Assembly (NCBI GenBank): GCA_002269645.1 | Contig: NIVC01001037.1 | Location: forward strand, 186,001 to 250,000 | Reading direction: 5' to 3' | From: Macrostomum lignano | Taxonomy: Eukaryota | Length of the DNA: 64,000 bases | Part shown: positions 30,288 through 42,946 of the stretch, piece after piece | Numbering within the stretch: the stretch's first letter is position 1 | Layout: the number at the start of each line of letters is the position of its first letter | Translations under genes and position numbers: made by a program | Notes under the pieces: generated by a model | The model's database searches: none | What the model was told of the DNA's origin: nothing | Seen by the model: the letters and a program-made list of their open reading frames with translations, nothing else

Positions 30288-33200
30288 ATGGCTTCAGGCA
30301 CTCCCATGGAGGTGTCAGTTAGAAATGCCCGCAATGTGCTGATAAAAATTGTCAAAAAAGACCGCCGCCTTCCGCAGCCCGATGAAATGGCTGAACTAAT
30401 CAGCATTGACTGCGACTTAGAAATGAAATACCAGCCAATAAGTGTATCTGTACTGCTGCAAAATGTACGGGGCAAGCTTAGCAATGTACGGTCTGCGTGC
30501 ACCCTGCTGCGCAATAAAATGAAGCAGCTGCTGCTGCCGCGGGAGGACCGCAGCACCGATTGGTCAGTTATGAAAGCCAGCTATCTTCGCTCGTTGCCTA
30601 ACGCCGCCAAACTCCTTGAAACTATTGGCTTTGTTCTTTGCGGCGAAAATTTTATTGCTAATGAGGATCGCATCACATTGCAATCTGTTGTCGACTTTCT
30701 GGTAGATGTGTCCATGGTAACCGAGGAATTGTCCTTGTATCTTAGCGGACAGCATCCGCGAATGGACGTTATTAAATCCTATACATCCGCTGCAGGACAG
30801 CTTGAACAGCGGCAGCAACAGACCCACATAACAACAAACCCGCTGCTGATTGTGCAGGAGAGTGAACTGCCTGCTCAGAAGGAACCCTCAGGTATTCAGC
30901 GCAGAACAGCCACTCTTCCATCATTGCCATCGCCTCCGCTTTCAACTCCCCGTGTCGCTGTATCCTCGGCTGCAACTGAGTCAACAGGACAGAAGCCTCT
31001 GCAATCTGCTCAGCAATTTGAAGATCTGAGCCAGCAGCCAACCCAGAAACCAAGACCTCTTCCGATTCCTTCCTCATCTGCGCCGGCTCAGCTACTCTGC
31101 GACCTATGCGGTGATGAGCCTGTTGCATTGGTCTGCAGCAACGAAGCCTGTCCTAGGCGGCACCTGTGCCTTGGCTGCGACCAGCGCTGGCACGGTCATC
31201 CTAGTCGGCGCGGGCACGAGCGCGAAGGTGCCGATACTGTTGAGCTCAGGCGCAAGATTCCATCGAGTATGACAGCTTCGGCTATAGCCACGCTTCCTAG
31301 GCCCAGAACAGCCTTGGAGCCTGCAGCGTCCGGAATAAAACCGCGCTTGGTAGTGGCGTCTGGCGGCAAAAATTCTGTTAGCTACGTGTCCCAGTTGGGC
31401 TTAGCAGCTTCAAACTTCGACTCAGAGCAACAACAACAGTCAAAAGGGAAAGATCAATCTGAGGTTCAATCTGATGATGTAAAAATACCGAACGAACGTG
31501 AAGAACAACGGACTGATGCACCAGCAATCAAAAAGCAAGAGACTGAAAGTTCAGAAAGTCAAGAAAGAGAGGAGAAGCAAAGAAGACAGGAAGAACAAGA
31601 GAGGCAAGAGCGTATGGAGCAGCAGAGAAAGCAGGAGGATCTAGAGAAAGAGCGTGAACAGCAGAGAAGACAGGAAGAACAAGAAAGGCAAGAGCAAGAA
31701 GAACAGCAAAGAAAGCAGGAGGATCTAGAAAGACAAGAGAAACAGCAAAAGCAGGAGCGAGAGGAGCGAGAAAGAGAAGAACAAGTGAAGCGTATAGCGC
31801 AAGAGTCTGACAGCCCAATGGATCAAGACTTCGAGCCAAGTCAGCCTGATCAGACTAATCAACAGTCCAATGCTCTGCAGCAGATGCTTCAATTCGAGGC
31901 AATGGACATCGCAGACAGCATGTACTCTAGTAGAGGTGGAAGCCTCGGAAAACCTGACTGGGACTCGAACGGTTTTGCTACAATGCCCACACGCAAAGCT
32001 GCACCTAAATTTGTTGATGATAGTAACCAAGATGACTGTTCAAACGAGATCTACCGGCCACCCACACAACAAGCGCACCAGAGCCTTACTCAAACTCTTG
32101 AATCCAATTCTCACGGCCGCAGCCACAACCTGGAGCGCCATCGCGAGGGTCTAAGTCAAATTTCACGAGTTGAAGCTAGCCTGGACTTGCGACAGGAAGA
32201 GCTGCTAACTTACATGCAAATGCTCGAAGTGCGCCCGCATTCAGATCAGGCTCCCGCTGTACCAACGTCAGCCGCTTTTCCGTCTCCGTCTCCGCCACTG
32301 ACTCCACTGCCGCAACACCCTTTGCCCGAAGCGCCAATTCTCGAAGCTGAAACTACAGAAGCTCGAATTGCGAGTGAGGAAGACAGCGACCAGGGCAGGT
32401 GTGATGAATTTCATACACCTAGAGCTTCGCCTCCGCCTCTTCCTTCAGCACAGATCGCGTCTTTAACTGATCCAACCGGTCCAGAACACGAGATGGCTGA
32501 TTCAAGCTGGACCTGTCCTATCTGTACTGTCAACATCCCTCGCAGCGACCTGAAGATTATTGAAAATAGCAATCGTGCTGTTTGCCCCGTGTGCAGCATG
32601 TCTTCCGAGCTTGACACTTACAACCAAGTGGAACGCACTGATGCTGGGACGAGCCAATCGGCTACAGCTTCTTCCTCCAGTTGGGAGTGTCAAGTTTGCA
32701 CTTTTGTCAACAGCGACACTGACTGCTGTCAGATCTGCGAGAACCGTCAATCATCGTCTTCTTCATCTGCCGCCGTACCGTCGGCACCCCTAGAGCAGTC
32801 AGAATCTGAAGCTTCGGCCATCGCTGATAGAAACGCCCGCCTGCTCGATACAATTCGTCGCGCCGACAGCGGCGACGGCGACAATCAAATTGCGGACTCT
32901 CGCGTGATTATCGCCGCCTTGGCCGCGGCTGGCGACCGGGACATTCCGGATGCCCAACTGATCGACTGGGTTCGCCAGGAGTGGCCCCGCCGAGTCGATC
33001 GCGTCCGCTTGGAAGCCACGCGTCGCTACCTCGCCAATCGGCCGGACCTGAAGCCGCATGCTCTGGAAGAGCTGGCTTTCTCGCAACACGAAGTGTCCGA
33101 AGCCATGGCCGACTGTCCGCACCTGTCCGAGGCCGACTGCCTGCCGGTGGTGCTGGACCAATGCTCCAGGCGCCGCGAACGCGCGGTGCAGGAGTTGGCG

Positions 33201-35836
33201 CAGCTCTACCCGAACCTGAGCTGCCGGGATCATCACGCAGCCGTGGCCAGAGCCGATGGCAGTCTTGAAAAGGCACTCGACCAGCTCAACGGATTAGTGC
33301 TGGACAGTTACCTTGGCGACCTGTCACTGGCTGGCGACGGCCCCGATGCGGACGCTGCTGCTTGCGTCTCATTCGACGGCAGCCAGTTCTCGCTGCACAC
33401 CCTCATGGTGGACCACGGACTGCGCAGCGAGTCCATCGCCAGGCGCCTCACTAAGCTGCACAATCACGAGGACTTCGGCCACCATCAGTTGGAGGATCTG
33501 GTGGAAGCTGTTAAGGCCACAGACTGTATGCTGGATGAGGAGAATTGGCTGGAAGAAGTCAGCAGCTACATGAACAAGCAGTGCCCGATCTGCACCGAGA
33601 AGTATCCGCGGCACCAATTCCTGGCCATGGTGAACTGCGGCTGCGAGCTGTGCCAGGAGTGCTTCTATGGCTTCGTCACTACCAATATGAAGGACATGCA
33701 CGTGACTCACCTGAACTGCCCGGTGTGCCGCTATCCCAAGGCTAACGATGTTGAGGCATTGCAGTTGCACTTTCAGCACATGCTGGCTCAGATTGCTCAC
33801 TTCCAGCATCCGGCTTTGCGATTCGAACCGGATGATGTAAACCGTCTGCAGGTGAGTTTGCTAATTAAAGAGTTGCTAGTAAATCAGAAGTAGCTACTAG
33901 TAAATCAGATATAGCTACTAGTAAACCAGAAGTAGCTACTAGTAAATCAGAAGTAGCTACTAGTAAATCATAAGTAGCTACTAGTAAATCAGAAGTAGCT
34001 ACTAGTAAATCAGAAGTAGCTACCAGTAAATCAGATATAGCTACTAGTAAATCAGAATAGCTACTAGTAAATCAAAGTAGCTATAGTAAATCTAGCTACT
34101 AGTAAACCAGAAGTAGCTACTAGTAAATCAGAAGTAGCTACTAGTAAATCAAAAATAGCTACTAGTAAATCAGAAGTAGCTGCTAGTAAATCAGAAGTAG
34201 CCACTAGTAAATCAGAGTAGCTACTAGTAAATCAGAAGTAGCTACTAGTAAATCAGAAGTAGCTACTAGTAAATCAGAAGTAGCTACTAGTAAATCAGAA
34301 GTAGCTACTAGTAAATCAGAAGTAGCTGCTAGTAAATCAGAAGTAGCTACTAGTAAATCAGAAGTAGCTACTAGTAAATCATAAGTAGCTACTAGTAAAT
34401 CAGAAGTAGCTACTAGTAAATCAGAAGTAGCTGCTAGTAAATCAGAAGTAGCTACCAGTAAATCAGATATAGCTACTAGTAAATCAGAAGTAGCTACTAG
34501 TAAATCAAAAATAGCTACTAGTAAATCAGAAGTAGCTGCTAGTAAGTCAGAAGTAGCCACTAGTAAATCAGAAGTAGCTACTAGTAAACCAGAGTAGCAG
34601 AAGATGACAGCTCAAAAGCGAAATAATGTTCAGGAAAAACTAAACGCTACTGCTTATAGTACTACTAAGTAGCGAGTAGTGTGCATTTATTTTCAACATG
34701 AAACCCACAACCCGCACTTGAACAACCCAGGACCGCCTGTTCGACTGGCAGACGATGCGCAACCCCGACTTCGTCTGGTGCAGCCACTGCGGCACCGGCT
34801 TCGAGCTGGATGCCGAGGCCGGCCAGAACCGGTTCACCTGTCCCCGGTGCCGCCGGGACACCTGCAGGGAGTGCCGCAAGCCGTGGGAGAAGCAGCACAA
34901 AGGACTCAGCTGCGAAGACTTCGAACGCTGGAAGCAGGAGAATGATCCGGAGTTCCAGACCAGAGGCGTCGCCTTCTACCTGCAGCAGCACGGCATCGAG
35001 TGCCCGGCCTGCCACTTCAAGTACGCCTTGGCTGGCGGCGGCTGCCTGCACTTTGTGTGCCGAATGTGCCGGGCGAATTTCTGCTCGGGCTGCGGCAATC
35101 TGTTCCAGCATACGGACAGCCAGGGCCTGGCGTGCCGTCATCCGCGTAGCTGCCTCTACCATCTGAGAGATTTCGATATTGACAGGTGAGAAAAATTCCT
35201 ATTGTATCTATTGTATGTTTATATGGCCCCAATTGGGCCAGGTGTGCAACCGACAGCTCAGCCGCAGCTATTGTTGCGCGGCGCATCTGAAGGCTGCGTA
35301 CGGCTGTTCAGTCGCCATACACCCTCAATTACCCCAGCTAATGCTGGCACCCGTTTTACAGCTGGGTGAACTGAAGCAATGCACTGAGTTATATAGCACT
35401 CATGAATCTGGAACTAGACTACTTATATGAGTAGTCAGTACTAGAAATCAGTCTATACGATCCTGTTTACTCGCATCGGCCTCGCAGGCTACAGCAGCTG
35501 CTTCGCATGCACAAAGTCGAATTTCGCTCTTTCGTACCCGACGACGAAGAGTTCGACGAGTGCAAAGTGATGGAGCAGAAGGAGACAGCCGACGGCCTGG
35601 TTGATGAGGCCTGCAGCAGGCGGGTGCACCCCGGCCGGGCCAACCTGTGCGACAAGCACTACTCAGAGTACCTGGTGACGCTTATCAATAGGAACCGGCT
35701 GGATCCGGTTGAGATCATGACGTCTGACGAGCTCGTGGCCGTGTGTAGGCGGCACGGTCTCCAGGTGGCCTTGGGGTCAGAAGAGGTCAACGTGGCGGAA
35801 CTGAAAAAAGCGATCCTGGCTCAGTGCCCGCTCTAA
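30288..35836 (+). CDS. RNF31: HOIP/RNF31-like linear (M1) ubiquitin RBR E3 ligase: PUB - B-box - charged helix - 2 NZF - UBA - RING1 - IBR - RING2 - LDD, about 1455 aa
   Basis: Exons 30288-33851, 34731-35185 and 35488-35836. PUB-like N-terminus (LLLPRE..DWSVMKA..AAKLLETIGF); B-box CDLCGDEP..CLGCDQRWHGHPSRRGHER; NZF WECQVCTFVN; UBA ..RRRERAVQELAQL..DGSLEKALDQL; RING1 QCPIC..CGCELCQECF..NCPVC; IBR RNPDFVWCSHC..KPWEKQHKGLSCEDFERWK; RING2 IECPACHFKYALAGGGCLHFVC (catalytic Cys, TGC 35043-35045); LDD HPRSCLYHLRDF..CKVMEQKE..LCDKHYSEYLVTLIN. Confidence 0.93.
33870..34597. repeat. 21-bp minisatellite (CTACTAGTAAATCAGAAGTAG) in HOIP intron 1
   Basis: Tandem array starting about 20 nt after the donor. 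Confidence 0.96.
35226..35395 (-). mobile_element. Partial copy of the tRNA-derived SINE in HOIP intron 2
   Basis: Reverse complement of the 3' half of 10541-10850. Confidence 0.75.
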
Positions 35837-36011
35837 GTCTGGGTGCGACAGCGTTTTTTATGACAGCAACTTGCTATCAGTTTGTTTAACAACAGTTTTT
35901 CTGTGCACCCCCGTCTTAAAAGTCCTTCGTTTCGTTTCATTATTTCTGATAAAGTTGACGTTTAGCATCCATAAATTTCCACTCGTGACAGCAGCCACTA
36001 TTAAACAAGGA

Positions 36012-39000
36012 TTGCCACTAGTATCCACGACCAGCCACCATTATCCACGAACAGCCACTAGTATCCACGACCAGCCACTAGTATCCACGAATAGCCACTA
36101 GTATCCACGAATAGCCACTAGTATCCACGAATAGCCACTAATATCCACGAATAGCCACTAGTAACCAGAAATAGCCACTAGTATCCACGACCAGCCACTA
36201 GTATCCACGAATAGCCACTAGTATCCACGAATAGCCACTAGTATCCACGAATAGCCACTAGTAACCAGAAATAGCCACTAGTATCCACGACCAGCCACCA
36301 TTATCCACGACCAGCCACTAGTATCCACGAATAGCCACTAGTATCCACGAATAGCCACTAGTAACCAGAAATAGCCACTAGTATCCACGACCAGCCACCA
36401 TTATCCACGACCAGCCACTAGTATCCACGAATAGCCACTAGTATCCACGAATAGCCACTAGTAACCAGAAATAGCCACTAGTATCCACGAACAGCCACCA
36501 TTATCCACGACCAGCCACTAGTATCCACGAATAGCCACTAGTATCCACGAATAGCCACTAGTAACCAGAAATAGCCACTAGTATCCACGACCAGCCACCA
36601 TTATCCACGACCAGCCACTAGTATCCACGAATAGCCACTAGTATCCACGAATAGCCACTAGTAACCAGAAATAGCCACTAGTATCCACGACCAGCCACTA
36701 GTATCCACAAACCAGCCACTAGTATCCACGAACCAGCCACTAGTATCCACGACCAGCCACTAGTATCCACGAATAGCCACTAGTATCCACGAATAGCCAC
36801 TAGTAACCAGAAATAGCCACTAGTATCCACGAACAGCCACCATTATCCACGACCAGCCACTAGTATCCACGAATAGCCACTAGTATCCACGAATAGCCAC
36901 TAGTAACCAGAAATAGCCACTAGTATCCACGACCAGCCACTAGTATCCACAAACCCGCCACTAGTATCCACGAACCAGCCACTAGTATCCACGACCAGCC
37001 ACTAGTATCCACGAATAGCCACTAGTATCCACGAATAGCCACTAGTAACCAGAAATAGCCACTAGTATCCACGAACAGCCACCATTATCCACGACCAGCC
37101 ACTAGTATCCACGAATAGCCACTAGTAACCAGAAATAGCCACTAGTATCCACGACCAGCCACTAGTATCCACAAACCCGCCACTAGTATCCACGAACCAG
37201 CCACTAGTATCCACGAATAGCCACTAGTAACCAGAAATAGCCACTAGTATCCACGACCAGCCACTAGTATCCACAAACCCGCCACTAGTATCCACGAACC
37301 AGCCACTAGTATCCACGAACCAGCCACTAGTATCCACGACCAGCCACTAGTATCCACGAATAGCCACTAGTATCCACGAATAGCCACTAGTAACCAGAAA
37401 TAGCCACTAGTATCCACGAACAGCCACCATTATCCACGACCAGCCACTAGTATCCACGAATAGCCACTAGTATCCACGAATAGCCACTAGTAACCAGAAA
37501 TAGCCACTAGTATCCACGACCAGCCACCATTATCCACGACCAGCCACTAGTATCCACGAATAGCCACTAGTATCCACGACCAGCCACTAGTATCCACGAA
37601 TAGCCACTAGTATCCACGAATAGCCACTAGTAACCAGAAATAGCCACTAGTATCCACGACCAGCCACTAGTATCCACAAACCCGCCACTAGTATCCACGA
37701 ACCAGCCACTAGTATCCACGACCAGCCACTAGTATCCACGAATAGCCACTAGTATCCACGAATAGCCACTAGTAACCAGAAATAGCCACTAGTATCCACG
37801 AACAGCCACCATTATCCACGACCAGCCACTAGTATCCACGAATAGCCACTAGTATCCACGAATAGCCACTAGTAACCAGAAATAGCCACTAGTATCCACG
37901 ACCAGCCACCATTATCCACGACCAGCCACTAGTATCCACGAATAGCCACTAGTATCCACGAATAGCCACTAGTAACCAGAAATAGCCACTAGTATCCACG
38001 ACCAGCCACTAGTATCCACAACCCGCCACTAGTATCCACGAACCAGCCACTAGTATCCACGACCAGCCACTAGTATCCACGAATAGCCACTAGTATCCAC
38101 GAATAGCCACTAGTAACCAGAAATTGCCACTAGTATCCACGACCAGCCACCATTATCCACGACCAGCCACTAGTATCCACGAATAGCCACTAGTATCCAC
38201 GAATAGCCACTAGTAACCAGAAATAGCCACTAGTATCCACGAACAGCCACCATTATCCACGACCAGCCACTAGTATCCACGAATAGCCACTAGTATCCAC
38301 GAATAGCCACTAGTAACCAGAAATAGCCACTAGTATCCACGACCAGCCACCATTATCCACGACCAGCCACTAGTATCCACGAATAGCCACTAGTATCCAC
38401 GACCAGCCACTAGTATCCACGAATAGCCACTAGTATCCACGAATAGCCACTAGTAACCAGAAATAGCCACTAGTATCCACGACCAGCCACTAGTATCCAC
38501 AAACCCGCCACTAGTATCCACGAACCAGCCACTAGTATCCACGACCAGCCACTAGTATCCACGAATAGCCACTAGTATCCACGAATAGCCACTAGTAACC
38601 AGAAATAGCCACTAGTATCCACGAACAGCCACCATTATCCACGACCAGCCACTAGTATCCACGAATAGCCACTAGTATCCACGAATAGCCACTAGTAACC
38701 AGAAATAGCCACTAGTATCCACGACCAGCCACCATTATCCACGACCAGCCACTAGTATCCACGAATAGCCACTAGTATCCACGAATAGCCACTAGTAACC
38801 AGAAATAGCCACTAGTATCCACGACCAGCCACTAGTATCCACAAACCCGCCACTAGTATCCACGAACCAGCCACTAGTATCCACGACCAGCCACTAGTAT
38901 CCACGAATAGCTACTAGTATCCACGAATAGCCACTAGTAACCAGAAATAGCCACTAGTATCCACGAACAGCCACCATTATCCACGACCAGCCACTAGTAT

Positions 39001-39735
39001 CCACGAACAGCCACCATTATCCACGACCAGCCACTAGTATCCACGAATAGCCACTAGTATCCACGAATAGCCACTAGTATCCACGAATAGCCACTAGTAA
39101 CCAGAAATAGCCACTAGTATCCACGACCAGCCACCATTATCCACGACCAGCCACTAGTATCCACGAATAGCCACTAGTATCCACGAATAGCCACTAGTAA
39201 CCAGAAATAGCCACTAGTATCCACGACCAGCCACTAGTATCCACAAACCAGCCACTAGTATCCACGAATAGCCACTAGTAACCAGAAATAGCCACTAGTA
39301 ACCAGAAATAGCCACTAGTATCCACGAAAAGCCACTAGTAACCAGAAATAGCCACTAGTAAACAGAAATAGCCACTAGTAACCAGAAATAGCCACTAGTA
39401 AACAGAAATAGCCACTAGTAACCAGAAATAGCCACTAGTAAACAGAAATAGCCACTAGTAACCAGAAATAGCCACTAGTAAACAGAAATAGCCACTAGTA
39501 ACCAGAAATAGCCACTAGTAAACAGAAATAGCCACTAGTATCCACGAAAAGCCACTAGTAACCAGAAAAAGCCACTAGTAACCAGAAATAGCCACTAGTA
39601 AACAGAAATAGCCACTAGTAACCAGAAATAGCCACTAGTAAACAGAAATAGCCACTAGTATCCACGAAAAGCCACTAGTAACCAGAAAAAGCCACTAGTA
39701 TTCACGAACAGCCACTAATATATACGAACAGCCTC
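36012..39735. repeat. ~3.7-kb 20-bp minisatellite (GCCACTAGTATCCACGAATA and variants) with higher-order structure
   Basis: Variant units TATCCACGAATAGCCACTAG, TAACCAGAAATAGCCACTAG and TATCCACGACCAGCCACCAT recur in ordered blocks. Confidence 0.97.
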
Positions 39736-40429
39736 TCTACGAAAAGTTACAAAAACCAATGAGATGCATACAAGCGCAATTCTTGAACATTCCCATATTC
39801 GACTCATCTTTCCATATCTCGATGAATAGCTTCACGAGTCTAATAAATGCTGCTACTCATTTTAATTAATTTTTTTTATATAAGTATTTGAATATCTCCA
39901 TTTTATTGACCAGAATGCACTTTGGTTATAAATCTATGACTCATATTCCTCTGATCTACAGCGCCACATGCGACAGGACCCAGCTAGCTGGCTTTTTCAG
40001 AGTCATTTCGAAAACTCGCTTCATAAAACAAATTTTAGAATCATATTTTTTCAAAGTCTTCAACTGTTATAAAATCAATTAACACTTGAATTTACTCTTT
40101 CGTGATTGATCGCTTTGTAATATGTACTGCATTGAATTTATTTTCCATCAGAGACTTCAATTATCTTTCATAAATACAAAGTATGGAGTTCTTTGAATTA
40201 TTGCGGTAAAGAATTGTCTCTGCCTACATATTTTCTGTTTTATTATTAATAAATGTATATTTGTTACTCCAGACTAATCTGACGCTTTCATTTAGTCAGT
40301 TTCGACTTTAAATTGCCTTTAAACGTCTTTAAATTCATTGCATGCTATATGGTTATTTAGAACTTATAGATCCTAGCTATATCAAATATCATATTTAGGG
40401 CATGTTCGATAGATTCCTTTTGAATGGAG

Positions 40430-40820
40430 CATTTCACCTGGAGGTTCCTTCAGAAAGAGACATTTCATCTGGTAGATTCCTTTTAACTAAGACATTTCAC
40501 CAGGTAGATTCCTTTTGAATATGACATTTCACCTGGTAGGTTCCTTTCAATGGGACATTTCACCTGGTAGATTCCTTTTAAATGGATATTTCACCTGGTA
40601 GATTCATTTGGAATGGATATTTCACCTGGTAGATTCATTTTAAATGGGATATTTCACCTGGTAGATTCATTTGGAATGGATATTTCACCTGGTAGATTCA
40701 TTTTGAATGGGATATTTCACCTGGTAGATTCCTTTGGAATGGATATTTCACCTGGTAGATTCATTTTGAATGGGATATTTCACCTGGTAGATTCCTTTTG
40801 AATGGGACATTTCACCTGGC
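40430..40820. repeat. ~30-31-bp minisatellite (GATATTTCACCTGGTAGATTCATTT..AATG)
   Basis: Tandem copies ending just upstream of the 40847 ATG. Confidence 0.9.
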
Positions 40821-40846
40821 AGATAATTTTTGTCTCTCATCTGTGC

Positions 40847-42946
40847 ATGGCTTACAGTCTGTCCGCTCAGAGTCAAGCGGCTGCAGCCTCAATGCAGCCG
40901 CACCAGCAGCCAAATCTCCGTGAGGTTGAGATGTGCAGCTTCTGCGGCGACAATCCTGTGCAGCGGATCTGCTCAGAGCCCAGCTGCAGTCGCAATCGCC
41001 TGTGCAAAGACTGCAGCGTACTGTGGCACGGCCATCCGAATAGGAAAGATCATCGAGTTCATGACGTTAACGATGACAAAAATAGCTCGCATTATAACAT
41101 GCCTCCGCAAACACGGATTATCCAGCACAGGGCCAAGACTTCTGAAAGTTCTATCCAGCGGCACAAGTCCTGTTTGCCGCAGGAACGTCAATCTTCAACC
41201 ATGCAGCGAACCTCCAGTGGCGCTCAATATGACACCCTTGCAGCACGAGCGCAAACCGCTGCTGAGGCTCCGGCTGCTATTGGCGGTGGTGTGGAGTGGC
41301 AGTGCGAGCACTGTACTTTTATGAACAGTTCTGCGAGACAAGCTATTGACTCGACTCAACACCTACTTTGCGAAGTCTGTTACAAAACAACTGATCGTCG
41401 AGCTGTTGCTACTCAGAAGGCGCCAATGTCTTTTGATAGCCAGCGTCCAGTTCAAGCTCCGCAGCAATGCCAGCAGCCTGATGTTGTTTTAAAACAACCG
41501 CAGTCTGTGGACAGCGCACTGGCAAGGGAGAACAAGCGCCCAGTGTATTCTTCAACTACTGTGAGAGATTCGAATGGATTTGATCCGATGTCACAGCAGC
41601 AGTCTCAGACAAACTATTCAAGGCAACATGAAGCCAACGGACAGTCAGTTAATCAAGATGTCCTTCAACCACAATATGCGCAGCAACAACAGACCCAATC
41701 TAGCAGTTTAAGCTCTGCTCCAAAAACCTCGTACGAGCAGTCTCGTGACCAAAAACACGAACCTTCACCCGATTCAGCTACAGATAATCCACCACTGCAG
41801 GCCGTTGGCGGGGAACCGCAGGTCCAGCATCGTCTGAGACAGGAAACATTCCAGCAGATTCGCAACATGAATGCTCCTGATACAGAGAAGGAGCTTTTGC
41901 TAAGACTTGTCCAGGATCCAAAGTTCTGTAAATTTCGGCTAGACGATTTGGTGAAGGCTGTTCAGTCTGGCGGTGATCTCGCTTACGAAGACGAGTTCAT
42001 GCTTGCCTACCTATGCAGCAAATGCCAGAAGTGTGAAAAACCCGAGCCTCGTCACTACCAAGTGTGCATGGCTCAGTGCTCTTGTCAACTGTGCTTTGAT
42101 TGCTTTAGAAAGTTTGTGTTGGAGTGCATCAACCCTGCTAATATCAGCCCAAGTCGATTTTCTTGTCCTGGCTGTCAACAGCCCAAGCCAGACGATGTGG
42201 AGCACTTTGCTACTCACATCAACTTTCTGAGCTTGCAGCTTGAGCAGATCGGAGAGACTTGCAGCTGGGCTAGTGAAGTTGTGATTACTGAATTTGAAAG
42301 AACTTCAGACGAATGCTGCCGTGAGTTGTCTATAAAGATAAGTAAATTTTCTGACACGCTGTCTTCCACTCAACCAGCTTATGAAAGGCTAAACGCGAAA
42401 GGATTTTACTGTCCAGAATGCCAATGTTTTTTTCCGAGTTCGAAATCCACTGCGAATCATATTGCATGCTACAGCTGCAAGCATTCATTCTGTCCTTGCT
42501 GCAACACCGCAAGTTCTGTAATGATGTCTAGCCATGAGAAGCAGTGCTTCTTTAAGGCTAAGAATGTCAGCATTTCCGTGCTACAGTTTATATTGAAAGA
42601 GTCCAACATTCCTTTCGACAAGATCGCGAGGCGCAGGCGGAACAAAAGCTCATCCGAAAGAGGCGGAAGAAAGACCGTTGATGAGGAGTGGCGATGCAGA
42701 GCGATCGACTTTAAACATGGAGGTTCCGGTAGCGGTGGCTTTTACCAGTGCGAAAGTCGAGTCTACAAGAAGGTTTGCGTCTGTGAGCGGCACTACAAGG
42801 AGTACCTGTTGGACTTGATCAACGAGAACAAGATCGTTATAGAAGACGTATGTTCGTCGTTCTCGGCCTTTAAAATAAACTGGGTTAAAAGGGGTCCGGG
42901 TCGATCTTTGGTGAATTTCTTTAAAAAACATTTTCCCATGGAGTAG
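40847..42946 (+). CDS. HOIP-derived paralog 2 (pseudo-ligase): B-box - NZF - RING1 - RING2 (catalytic Cys to Ala) - LDD, no IBR, single exon
   Basis: Continuous ORF. B-box CSFCGDNP..LCKDCSVLWHGHPNRKDHR; NZF WQCEHCTFMN..CEVC; RING1 KCQKC..CSCQLCFDCF..SCPGC; RING2 CPECQCFFPSSKSTANHIACYSC; LDD-like SHEKQCFF..LQFILKE..WRCRAIDFK..VCERHYKEYLLDLINENKI. The start ATG choice is uncertain. Confidence 0.82.
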   Translation: MAYSLSAQSQAAAASMQPHQQPNLREVEMCSFCGDNPVQRICSEPSCSRNRLCKDCSVLWHGHPNRKDHRVHDVNDDKNSSHYNMPPQTRIIQHRAKTSESSIQRHKSCLPQERQSSTMQRTSSGAQYDTLAARAQTAAEAPAAIGGGVEWQCEHCTFMNSSARQAIDSTQHLLCEVCYKTTDRRAVATQKAPMSFDSQRPVQAPQQCQQPDVVLKQPQSVDSALARENKRPVYSSTTVRDSNGFDPMSQQQSQTNYSRQHEANGQSVNQDVLQPQYAQQQQTQSSSLSSAPKTSYEQSRDQKHEPSPDSATDNPPLQAVGGEPQVQHRLRQETFQQIRNMNAPDTEKELLLRLVQDPKFCKFRLDDLVKAVQSGGDLAYEDEFMLAYLCSKCQKCEKPEPRHYQVCMAQCSCQLCFDCFRKFVLECINPANISPSRFSCPGCQQPKPDDVEHFATHINFLSLQLEQIGETCSWASEVVITEFERTSDECCRELSIKISKFSDTLSSTQPAYERLNAKGFYCPECQCFFPSSKSTANHIACYSCKHSFCPCCNTASSVMMSSHEKQCFFKAKNVSISVLQFILKESNIPFDKIARRRRNKSSSERGGRKTVDEEWRCRAIDFKHGGSGSGGFYQCESRVYKKVCVCERHYKEYLLDLINENKIVIEDVCSSFSAFKINWVKRGPGRSLVNFFKKHFPME

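Noticed and set aside
36012-39735. CRISPR-like appearance of this and other regular arrays
   Set aside because: Units are contiguous with no unique spacers, there are no cas genes, and the context is eukaryotic.
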